Positions 14,308 through 24,221 of a stretch of DNA of 44,372 bases are shown here, one piece after another. The notes beneath the pieces were generated by a model. That model saw nothing but the letters and a program-made list of their open reading frames with translations. It did not search any database and was not told where the DNA came from. A program made the position numbers and the translations under genes. Source of the DNA: Proteromonas lacertae (lineage: Eukaryota); assembly GCA_002245135.1 (NCBI GenBank), contig NGBS01001207.1:1-44372 (forward strand), written 5' to 3'. Numbering within the stretch: position 1 is the first letter of the stretch; each line of letters starts with the position of its first letter.

Positions 14308-15483
14308 ATGCCAGCAGACAGAGTCAAACAACCAACCAATTCAGAATTATGCTCTCAGCTCCCATTAAAGGGACAGGCTTATGAGTTCTATCAGAAAGTG
14401 AGTCGTAACATCCAGCATTTAAAGACATTTTGCGACGAAATGTATATTCAAAGTTTGGCTTATGATGACAGCAAAAAATCAAAGAAGAAACAAAGTCCAC
14501 CACAATTCAACTATATCGAATTAGAGAAGTCAGCTACAGCAGTTTATTATTGCTTTTCATGTAAGTTTGATAATCAGAAGTTAATTCCCATCAAACATCT
14601 AGAGACATTAGATCAAAATGAGTATATGAATTTATACTTTAGTGACGATGAGATGAAGAGTATAGTAAAACCAAATGTAAAAACGATTAAACCTTTTATT
14701 CAACCTCAGTTAAAACAACAACAACAACCACAACAAGAACCACCACCACCAACTGTACCTCAAAAACCTAAAAGAGTTTATAAAAGAAGAACTGATACTA
14801 TTAAGAAACCTAAAACAAAAGCAGTTATTGATAGTGATGATAAATTAATTCATTTAAAGAAAAGAAAGATTGTTAAGGATTCTGATTTTGTTGATGAAGA
14901 ACCAATGGGTATAATTGTGAAAGATACTGAATCAAGAACATCTGCTGATGATTTATTAAGTAGCCAAAGTCCTACCTTTACACCTCCAATGTCACCAAGG
15001 TCTGATACTACACTTCTTGATGTTACTGATATTGATATTCTGGATGCTGAATTGAAGTATTTTAATGCTGAAATAACTAAAAAAGATGAAGAAAAACAAA
15101 AAGAGATAGAAGAGAAAATTAAACATCAAGATGCAGAGAGAAAGAAACAAGAAGATGAAGAAAAAAAGAAAAAACAACAAGAAGAAGAAAGAGTTAGAAA
15201 AGTACAAGAAGAAGCAGAGAGAAAAAGAAAACAAGAAGAAGCAGAAAAGAAAAGAAAAGAAGAATTAGTTGTTATTAGAATGCTTCAAGAAGAAGAGAAT
15301 ATGAGACAACAAGAAGAGTTAAGAAAGAAATGGGTATTAGAACAAAAGAGACAAATGGAAGAAAAGATGAAAAAAGAAAACGATGAATTAGAAAAGAAAA
15401 TGGAAGAAGAGTTTAAGAAGAGAATTGAAGAAGAGAAAAGAAAGAAAGCTGAAGAGTTTGAGAAGATGATGAAGAACTTATAA
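14308..15483 (+). CDS. Hypothetical protein with long E/K/R-rich helical (coiled-coil/SAH-like) C-terminus
   Basis: 391-aa intronless ORF with a Q/P-rich linker and a charged C-terminal third. Confidence 0.7.
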   Translation: MPADRVKQPTNSELCSQLPLKGQAYEFYQKVSRNIQHLKTFCDEMYIQSLAYDDSKKSKKKQSPPQFNYIELEKSATAVYYCFSCKFDNQKLIPIKHLETLDQNEYMNLYFSDDEMKSIVKPNVKTIKPFIQPQLKQQQQPQQEPPPPTVPQKPKRVYKRRTDTIKKPKTKAVIDSDDKLIHLKKRKIVKDSDFVDEEPMGIIVKDTESRTSADDLLSSQSPTFTPPMSPRSDTTLLDVTDIDILDAELKYFNAEITKKDEEKQKEIEEKIKHQDAERKKQEDEEKKKKQQEEERVRKVQEEAERKRKQEEAEKKRKEELVVIRMLQEEENMRQQEELRKKWVLEQKRQMEEKMKKENDELEKKMEEEFKKRIEEEKRKKAEEFEKMMKNL

Positions 15484-15621
15484 GTATTAATATATACTTT
15501 AAATTTGTCTGGTTTATGCTTTAATCCATATACTTGAAAAAGCACTTTGAATTCATTACTTTGATAAAAATTGGTGTTTGTTTTATATGTAAAAAATAAC
15601 ATAAATAAAAAACATAAAAAG

Positions 15622-16782
15622 TTATACGAAATCATTAAATAGCGAATTTTTCTTATATACTCTACCATATCTACTTTTTCTACCTTCTGGTGCTGGTTGA
15701 ATATCTGGTTCTATAGGTTGTGCTTCATTATTTATACTATGAATTTGTCTTAATCTAAACTTACCATTTGTTGTAATACTATTAACTGGTACTCTTTTAA
15801 TTTCATGTGATTTGAATCTATATGAACCTATATCTCTAGGATTGAACTCTTTAGGTATTGTTCCATCCAAGTTCTTAACAGAATATGAAAACGGTCCAAC
15901 TTTGTGTATTTGGTATACTTTATCAGTATAATAAGTAGTTTTTTGAAGTTTGTTATCTCTACGTTCTTTTATTCTGACAAAATCATCAGCTTTAAAATGA
16001 GTATCACTTTTACGCTTCTTTAAGTTTCTAGCATGGGATTCTTTATACAATCTATCTTGGACTTCAAAATCATTGAATACTTCATTTGGAGTTAGATTAT
16101 TGAGTGCAGAATGTGGTTTTGCATTGTAATCATCTACAACAGTATATACTATATTACACAATGATTCAATATTGTTAATTTTGTCAAATTCTTCATCAGA
16201 AAATGTATTAATTTTTCTATAAAACATATCTTTAATAGTTCTCACACATCGATCCAATATTTTCATTATATTATGTTCATTACGTTCTTTAAGTATAAAT
16301 CGTATATGATTTTTATTAAACAAATCTAAAAATTTCTTACCATAGATAATACCAGACTCTTCATCTGATAAAATACTTCCTACAAAACGAGCGTTTTCAT
16401 CCTTAGGTTGCATACTCTGATAAAACCATTTTTCAAACACTGGATATACATCATTTTCTGATTTAGATTTAACATAATATATCCAACACTTACGACTAAC
16501 AACTTCTATAATTAACAAAAATGGAACTTTTGTATTGTTGAAAAACACCAAGTCTATCTGATATGATCCAGGTAACTTTTCAATTTCATATTTAATTCTA
16601 TTCCTTTTAGTTGCAGTGATTTGATAATCTGGTTTAGACTCTACAAGTTCACTACTAGCTTTTTTAATGTCAGATTTTTTAAAGTTATTCTCAAGTTCAT
16701 TTACAGAGAAATTAATAAAGTCTCGTTTGTTTAAATAACCATATGTTTTGTATAACTCATTTATTTTATCTTGTAGTGACAT
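15622..16782 (-). CDS. Retroviral-like (rve) integrase, Polinton/Maverick type
   Basis: YQIDL (D1), ILSDEES (D2), ILDRCVRTIKD (third acidic position), YNAKPHSALNNLTPNE, and C-terminal FKADDFVRIK...VYQIHKV typical of Maverick integrases. Confidence 0.85.
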   Translation of the reverse strand: MSLQDKINELYKTYGYLNKRDFINFSVNELENNFKKSDIKKASSELVESKPDYQITATKRNRIKYEIEKLPGSYQIDLVFFNNTKVPFLLIIEVVSRKCWIYYVKSKSENDVYPVFEKWFYQSMQPKDENARFVGSILSDEESGIIYGKKFLDLFNKNHIRFILKERNEHNIMKILDRCVRTIKDMFYRKINTFSDEEFDKINNIESLCNIVYTVVDDYNAKPHSALNNLTPNEVFNDFEVQDRLYKESHARNLKKRKSDTHFKADDFVRIKERRDNKLQKTTYYTDKVYQIHKVGPFSYSVKNLDGTIPKEFNPRDIGSYRFKSHEIKRVPVNSITTNGKFRLRQIHSINNEAQPIEPDIQPAPEGRKSRYGRVYKKNSLFNDFV

Positions 16783-16944
16783 TCAAACAATATATAAAAA
16801 ATAATATGAATGATATATATTTAAAGAATTAATGAATTAAAATATAATTAAATCATTCTTCTATCTCTCCCAAATCCTTATTATTGACTTCTATTTTTAT
16901 TTTTTGATTTCTCACTACATAATATATATATATATATACACACT

Positions 16945-17706
16945 ATGTTTAAATTTGAAAAAATAAATAACATACAAATTGAGCCTGTTGATGGTGGTGA
17001 GTCTTTTGATCCTAAGAAAATTCTGGGATATGATTACTTTAATGAGCCTTTCTGCAATATATTTATTGTGGCTCGTAAGAACAGTGGTAAAACCACTTTG
17101 ATATACAATATATTAAGACATATTATAGATCCAAAATATAAGAAAAAACAACATGTACATTTTTTCGTAGGTACAATCAAACAAGATAGGATATATGATT
17201 CAATTAAAGAGTTATTAGATTATAATGAAATTAGTTATGATGAAAATGATTCATTATTTGAACCTTATTCAGGAGATAATTTAGTAGAGAAGTTAATGAA
17301 ATCAATTGATGATACAAACAAAGATAATTTTGAGTATGCAGAACATATTATAATATTTGATGATCTTAGTTTAGAGTTGAAAACAGCTAATATCATACCA
17401 GTATTAATGAAAGAAAATAGACATTTAAAATCAAAAATTATAATTAGTAGTCAATATATTACTGATATAGTACCTTCAGCAAGATCACAAGTAGATTATT
17501 GTTTAACATTTTATGGATTGAGTAATAGAAATTTGTTTGACTTATACAACTCATTGAATATATGGATACCTGAATATGAAACATTTAAAGAGTTATATTT
17601 AGCTGTTACTAAGCCACAATATAACTTCTTATATATTGATAATGTTAAAAAAGTGTTTAGAGCTAACTTCAATATTTTGATTGAAGACCATTCTGAAGTT
17701 TCTTGA
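16945..17706 (+). CDS. A32-like (FtsK/HerA superfamily) genome packaging ATPase
   Basis: Walker A ARKNSGKTT, Walker B IIIFDDL, then ENRH and IIISSQ motifs and a YNFLYID C-terminus; 253 aa. Confidence 0.85.
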   Translation: MFKFEKINNIQIEPVDGGESFDPKKILGYDYFNEPFCNIFIVARKNSGKTTLIYNILRHIIDPKYKKKQHVHFFVGTIKQDRIYDSIKELLDYNEISYDENDSLFEPYSGDNLVEKLMKSIDDTNKDNFEYAEHIIIFDDLSLELKTANIIPVLMKENRHLKSKIIISSQYITDIVPSARSQVDYCLTFYGLSNRNLFDLYNSLNIWIPEYETFKELYLAVTKPQYNFLYIDNVKKVFRANFNILIEDHSEVS

Positions 17707-17750
17707 TGTTTTTATTGATTTTGTTATTTTATTGTTTATTAATACAAAAA

Positions 17751-18052
17751 ATGTTTATTGGGGAACGAAATACTTCAGATATAAATATTGATACAGATAA
17801 GCTTGCTAAAGATATAGCTGACAAAATAAATATACAACCTACTGATCCTGATACTATTGTTAAACCTATTAATAATCATACTGATACTCAAATAAATAAT
17901 ATAGTTACACCTGTTTATGATATCAAAACTACTACAAATACTATATATGGTAAATGTCAAGAAATATATAATGTTGTAAATAATAGTTCTGGAGGTAGTA
18001 CTACAATAGTTAATAATTCTGTATCACCTAAATTATTGCATACTGAATATAC
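17751..18052 (+). pseudogene. 5' half of a 261-aa element gene interrupted by MULE-1
   Basis: ATG at 17751; frame runs to ...SPKLLHTEYT at the TSD and resumes in frame at 26925 once the insertion is removed. Confidence 0.85.
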
Positions 18053-18917
18053 GGGAAGTTTGGGTTTAGACGCGTGTTCAAAATTTGAACTCGCCTAATC
18101 TAGTTAGAGTTTGACTCTAATATTTTATATTACTTGACTATAATTGCTTAATTAAGAGATTCTGAGAAGATGGTGGAGATAGCACAACTATTTTTTGGTC
18201 TAATTTCACGATCTTTTAATGATTTGAGCATTTTTGATCCCAACCTATTGTACATAATAACTGTACACAGGATCTCCAGTTTTTTTATTAAATATCTTAC
18301 TATTAAATGAGAATGCTCAAAATATAATGTGTGATAACACAAGCTCGGCTTGAATATTTTTTTATATTTTATAAAATTTGAGCACCTGCCTCCTATAGGA
18401 AGCTAGGGCTTATTTTTGTTAATTAATTAATAAATACTATTATTTTTTAAACTGTTTGACTTATTTACTATCTGAATAACTATCTTAAGCTCTATTTCAA
18501 TCGTTTATCTCATAAAAACAATTTAACTAAGTCATTAAGACATATTTATTTATAACTAACTAATAATTGAACCTTTTTCTTAAAAAACAAATCATCCAAC
18601 TAAATTTTGGCAATCTTGTATCTATTTGAGGAAGTCAACATATTTTACATTTCCATAGCTTCTATTATTGTTAAATTATCACCTTCTTGAACATAATTTA
18701 CTTACATTTATTAAACTACTAGCCATTGGATAAGTTAAGAATTTAGAATCATCTACTTCTCGTTTTATAATCATAAATTTTGATAATTTGCTTTCTAAAG
18801 CATTTCTTATACCTACAACGAAGTTATCTCTATTGAATTGTAATTGATATACTTCTACTAATCTTTTCATATATTATAAAGCTACTTCTTTTATATTCAA
18901 TTTACCTCTCATGATTT

Positions 18918-19142
18918 AGCTTTGAATATCTAGCTTTTACAACCATTCTTTAAAATGTCTCAGGTGTAAGAAGACCTTTATCATTTGTAATTGTGATCTT
19001 ATTAGCTTTACCAATACTCTCTTTTACAACACTTACATTCAAAACATTATTAGTTATTATATATTGTCATAGATTCTTCACCTTCAAACACTTGAATTAA
19101 CACATCGAGTTGTTAATCACTGTATGTACTAAATACTTGAGT
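18918..19142 (-). pseudogene. HSP70: Captured HSP70 substrate-binding-domain fragment (left arm copy)
   Basis: Translates as [25 protein letters not shown]...[27 protein letters not shown], matching HSP70 motifs TYSDNQPGVLIQVYEGER and [11 protein letters not shown]; has stops and an internal deletion. Confidence 0.85.
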
Positions 19143-19346
19143 ATTATTAACTGAAATTTTGATATTAATTGTAATTAATTAACTTCTATTAATCCTTTCA
19201 TATATTCAAAAGCTAATTCTTCAACTTTGTATAACTTTTACTTTGTTAAATCATCTCTTCTAAAAAACCTTTTTAAATCACTATAATTTCTTTTCTGTTC
19301 AATAAACAAGTCTCAATTATTACTTTAACAAGCACACATTCCTATA

Positions 19347-19915
19347 TTATAGTGAAATTCCCATTGCCCAAATATCACTCAATGGACTTATACTACCTGT
19401 TTTAATTGATTTGTTTAATATTTTTATTGCATATTGATTCTTTGATGGATCTTCACATAATTCAACTAATTTCTTTATTATTTTATATTGATTGATATGT
19501 CCATTACCACTTTGATCTACTTGTAACTTTAATAAATTAGTTTGCTCCATAGGCTTATCGATTGTTACATGACGTTTTAATTTTGCATGAATATTTTCAC
19601 TTATATCACAAGTATTGTACTATACTTTTTGACATTTTTTCGAGCTTCTTTTTCATGAGAGGTTGTGGAATTTCGAGGTGATTCGTTTGTAAGCCAATCA
19701 TAAACTTCAGGATTATCACACTCTTCAGAACAATAAGACATACCAACTGATCCTATTGATTGATGTGTATGCCTACCACCTACAACAGATTGACCAATTG
19801 GTCTAACTGAAGGTTTTATTATATTATTAGATGACAATGGTTGGTTTCGAGATGAATTCTGTTGATTTCCACCATTTTGGTTTTTAAAAGCTTTTTCATG
19901 TATAATTAACTTCAC
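19347..19915 (-). pseudogene. Captured, internally deleted Ser/Thr protein kinase fragment (CaMKK-like; left arm copy)
   Basis: INQYKIIKKL, YAIKILNK (subdomain II) and SDIWAMGISL (subdomain IX) are juxtaposed with the intervening subdomains missing. The upstream low-complexity ORF 19601-19915 is probably the N-terminal extension (inference). Confidence 0.7.
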
Positions 19916-20059
19916 TGTTTTTATTTCTACCTCAGATTCAAAAATATTTGGAACTACTACAGGGCTAGAACCCGTACATCCCGTTATTTTCTTTCCAGAA
20001 TTTTAAATTCAAGAAATATTAATAAACAAAGTGGTAAATAGTTTGAAGGCTTGTTATCT

Positions 20060-20685
20060 TTATGAAAGATTTTTAATGGTGAATCGTCTGCTTTAGAACC
20101 TTTACAAGCTCAAACAAAGTTTCAAGAGTTTTTAAGAGATTATAGTGAAAACAATATTTATATCTACAGGTATATATAAATATATTGATTATTCTTATCA
20201 CTAGAAAATCATTATTGGAAAATTTCAACAGAGGTGAATATTTTGTAGAAATTAATTTAGCTCATCTAGGAATATTCAACAATGTTTTACTTGATGTATT
20301 ACAAAGAGAGACAAATTGTTATTTACCACAAGTACATTAAACAATTATTATTACTTATCAATAGTTTGAAATTGCAGCTCAAAGAGTAGTAGAAAATGAG
20401 TTAAATGCAGAAAATTCTCCTTCAATCAATGTCTTATTAAAATTTTCACAAAACTCAATATCAATCCGATCATTAAATGTATAAATGAAATGATTTTTAA
20501 TGTACATATATATAATAGGCAAATCATGTGAACAATTTAGTCAGTATATCAGGACTTATAATCAGTGCATCTCTTTAAAGACCAAAAGCCATCAAAGTCG
20601 CAATTCGTTGTTCAAATTGTAAGTATTTAAAGTATATCCCAGTTCCTTCTGCATTTGGAAATGTTCAATTACCTATGAATTATGT
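20060..20685 (+). pseudogene. MCM5: Captured MCM5 N-terminal fragment with three introns (left arm copy)
   Basis: Splicing GT-AG introns 20170-20204, 20332-20364 and 20479-20518 gives KFQEFLRDY..YIYRKSLLENFNRGEYFVEINLAHL..FEIAAQRV..SIRSLNANHVNNLVSISGLIISASL*RPKAIKVAIRCSNC, which is the MCM5-type N-domain; one in-frame stop. Confidence 0.8.
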
Positions 20686-21612
20686 TGGTTAGTTTAAACA
20701 TTCCCAACAAAACATTCATCAAAAGAAGAATAATCGTGAATATTTAGTTGTAGTGTATGTAAAATTCATAATATCGTTTTGATATCTATGAAAAAGTGTT
20801 AATGTAATGTACTATTAAGCTATACTCTATAATGTGGTTACAAAATACTTTATTTTATGTATCAAAACAATATTACATTCATAATAAACAAAATATTGTG
20901 TAATTATCTATTTACTTCAATTATTGGTTTTGTGTGAAATAAAACCAAATAAATTATACACATATATAATTATGTAAACTATTTTTATACCATGAGTAAA
21001 TGTAATTTTCCATTTAAAATAATATTAAAAAGTATTTGGTTTACATAATCTGATAAGCAGAGAAGCGGATGAGTATATAGTCAATATGTGATATAATTTG
21101 TTTTTATAATGTAATATCAATCGATTTATGATGCAATAATGGGAATTTTTAACACAAAAAGCAAGGTGACAAAAATGCTAGATAACTGTTTATAATGGAC
21201 ATCCTTTGAAATAATAAGTGGTTATTTAATTTAATCACAGCTATAAAACTGGGAGCTTACACAAAGGGGACAGATCAAAAGGAGGTCCTTTTTTTCTAAA
21301 TCAGATGTAAATTTTTTTTAAGTTATATATTGTTTATATTTTGCAAAAAATCCATCACCATTTCAACTTATCATATCTTTGGCCATTAAGACAGTTTCTA
21401 TAATGTAAAGAACTCACCATACACTGCTATATATTAAATACAAACAGAACACATCATTATGGACCTGTTAAAACTAGTATAAAGTAGTATCTACTTGTGA
21501 ATTTGATGAAATTGTCTTTTCTAAAATATATTCGTTTCTTTTTGAATTGGATTTTTTTTAGAAGTTCTTTCATTTATACTACTTTGAATTTATTTGAGTA
21601 ATTAATAGTTAC

Positions 21613-23892
21613 ATGAATTCAGTTACAATTGAAAATAATAAAGTTGTAATAGAAAATTCTTCAAGTCATTCGGTTGTAGATAAAAGAAAAAAGGAGTTAT
21701 ATAGATTATGTAAAAAATATGCTCCCATCGATTCATTTGCACCGATAACTGATTCAATATTCAGTTATAATTTTTCATCAATAGATGATGTGTATTTTAC
21801 TGTCTACATTCTTTCATATCAATTAAACTTCGCAGTAGAAGTCAAATATAATAACACAGTTGATAATCAGAAAAAGATTACGTTCAGATGTAAAAATGAA
21901 GACGGTTGCACTTTTTTCGTTAAAGCTTATGAAGAAGGAGGTAATGTCCAAGTATCTTATCACAAACATAGTCATCCGCTTAATAGAATGAAGAATTGTC
22001 AAATAATAAACACATTAACAGATGAAATAATGAATCATGTTAAAAGTATGATACTCAATACTAAGAATACTGCACCAGAAACTATAAAAGTAATAAAAGA
22101 GATGTATAACATCAATAAAAGAGTAGAAAAGGCAATATATAATAAAATAGTAGAATTAAGAAGAAAAATGAGAGATGAGGAAGAAGGATTTAGTAGATTT
22201 ATAAAAATAGTAAAAGATAAATATACTCATTTTGTTGATGAACATTGTATTCTGGTGATACTAGATGATTTAAGAATGAATAATTATACAACCATTTTGT
22301 GTGATGGTACTTTTGGTACCTTTCTTTCTGAAAATCAACTCTATCTAATATATACTCAAGTAGGCCCAACAACCATCCTTTTAACCGCGTTTGCGATAAC
22401 CAGATATAAAGACAAGGATACATATTACTTCATATATAGCAATTTAAAAGAAAGATATAATATCCAGAATGTTATCCATGATCACGAATCCTCAGTTGTT
22501 TACGCTCTGAAGGATTTAAATCTAACCTTCGTCAATGATACATTTCACTTATTTTTATATATCAATGATAAGAACATAAGAGAATTGTTATATAAGTATA
22601 TAAAGTTTCCTGAATTAAGACCAGAAATTTCTAAAAATCCATTAATACAAGACTATCTAGAAAGAGATGGAATTAAAGAATACGGTCTTTTTGGTTCTCA
22701 CTCCACCAGTTGCGTAGAAGGGATGAATAATACAATTAAAAAGAAATTAAAGAATAAAAGATCTAGATCTGATCTAATATTGGAAATGCTAGTAAACATA
22801 CACAACGAACAAGTTGAGAATATTAATAATTTTATATCTACATCTATTAATAAGAGTAATAATAATGATACTACAAAGCTACATCTCTGGCCTGAATGTG
22901 AATCAAATCTAAATCAACAATTACTATTGCTTTGTAGTCAAACCTATAAAATAGATAAGATAAATGAAAATATTTATACATTGAAAGATAATAAGTTCAT
23001 ATATCATATTGTAGTAAGTGATGAAATTCATTGTTCATGTGGATACAGGGAATTCACAGGAATTCCCTGCAGTCATATTCTATTTATAAAAGTTAAACTG
23101 GACTTGGATATTAATATTGCCACATTGATCTGTAATGAAGCTCATTTGACCTATTTTAATAGTAAAAATAAAATTACAAGTTACAATATTAATTATACTA
23201 TTGAAGAATTTCATGATGAAGATGAAAATACCAATCCATTTTTACCAGATGTTAATATAAGAGCAATAAAGATTCCAAAGAGATATGAAATCCCTATAAA
23301 AAGAAAAAGAAATTATACTGATGTTGATAAAGATAATAATAATACTGTTTTTCATGATGAAGATGAAAATATCAATACATCTATAACAGATGTAATTGAT
23401 GTTGATGAAGATACAACCGAAGATGAAAATAGAATTTTTGATTCATTTATCGAATTCAATGATGAACTATCTATTTCGAAATTCAACAAAATAATTAGCT
23501 GCTTTGGAATTGATATACTCGATCCATATGTGTTCTATACTACAAGTGAAATAAATATTAATAATTATATATATATACCAATATGTTTTGAAGGACATTG
23601 GTCTTATTTATACAATCGAGCTAAACTAATTCACTTTGATAGCACAGGAGATCATATAAGAAAATCTAAATATATATATAATAGACTAAATATTACAAAT
23701 ACTGTCATACCTTACATTATGCACCAAGAGAAAGGATTTACATGTGGATATTTTGCAATCCATTCAATATTCTGTTTAAATAAATACGGCTATATAAATG
23801 ATGAAACAGTTATAAAAACCTTAAGGGAAGAACTTACAAATCTATATATTCAAGATCGAAAAAGAATTCTTAGAATTATACTTGAAGAGTAA
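21613..23892 (+). CDS. MULE transposase (WRKY/FAR1-like Zn finger, DDE, SWIM) with C-terminal Ulp1-like cysteine protease
   Basis: CKNEDGC..HKHSH; LCDGT, IHDHE, DTFH, CVEGMN; SWIM CSCGYREFTGIPCSH; C-terminal GHWS, HFDS, HQEKGFTCG. Confidence 0.9.
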   Translation: MNSVTIENNKVVIENSSSHSVVDKRKKELYRLCKKYAPIDSFAPITDSIFSYNFSSIDDVYFTVYILSYQLNFAVEVKYNNTVDNQKKITFRCKNEDGCTFFVKAYEEGGNVQVSYHKHSHPLNRMKNCQIINTLTDEIMNHVKSMILNTKNTAPETIKVIKEMYNINKRVEKAIYNKIVELRRKMRDEEEGFSRFIKIVKDKYTHFVDEHCILVILDDLRMNNYTTILCDGTFGTFLSENQLYLIYTQVGPTTILLTAFAITRYKDKDTYYFIYSNLKERYNIQNVIHDHESSVVYALKDLNLTFVNDTFHLFLYINDKNIRELLYKYIKFPELRPEISKNPLIQDYLERDGIKEYGLFGSHSTSCVEGMNNTIKKKLKNKRSRSDLILEMLVNIHNEQVENINNFISTSINKSNNNDTTKLHLWPECESNLNQQLLLLCSQTYKIDKINENIYTLKDNKFIYHIVVSDEIHCSCGYREFTGIPCSHILFIKVKLDLDINIATLICNEAHLTYFNSKNKITSYNINYTIEEFHDEDENTNPFLPDVNIRAIKIPKRYEIPIKRKRNYTDVDKDNNNTVFHDEDENINTSITDVIDVDEDTTEDENRIFDSFIEFNDELSISKFNKIISCFGIDILDPYVFYTTSEININNYIYIPICFEGHWSYLYNRAKLIHFDSTGDHIRKSKYIYNRLNITNTVIPYIMHQEKGFTCGYFAIHSIFCLNKYGYINDETVIKTLREELTNLYIQDRKRILRIILEE

Positions 23893-24221
23893 CATTTCTT
23901 TATACTTATGAACAACTTCAATTTATTATTATATTCATTGATTTTTTATTTGTTTTTAAGGATTTAAATCATAATTCTATTTAAAAGATTAGATATTTCG
24001 TTTTCTTTCATTATCTCTTTATTAAATTCATTCAAACTCAATCTTTTAAACTCATTCCAATAATAATCATCACTAGTTAATTTATCTAAACGTTGGTTCT
24101 ACTAATTGTTAATCTTGAACTAGTTATTGTATATAAATTGTACTTGAACCAGGAACATCAATAGGTCAATAGAAAAAACTAGCATCAACTATCAATAACT
24201 GAGCATATAAATAAGCGAATT

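Larger units (their letters stand above)
18053..20746 (+). repeat. MULE-1 left inverted arm (2694 bp)
   Basis: Reverse complement of 24222-26915; mirrored ORFs translate identically and their coordinates all sum to 44968, so there is no net indel. Confidence 0.95.

Noticed and set aside
14992..15668. Phe-rich minus-strand ORFs resembling membrane proteins
   Set aside because: Reverse complement of the GAA/AAA-rich E/K tract of ORF 14308-15483.
18148..18870. ORFs 18148-18342 and 18679-18870 (and mirrors 26098-26820) as genes
   Set aside because: Short, within arm DNA, no convincing family; duplicated only because the arms are mirrored. RNALES may be a further HSP70 scrap but is too short to call.
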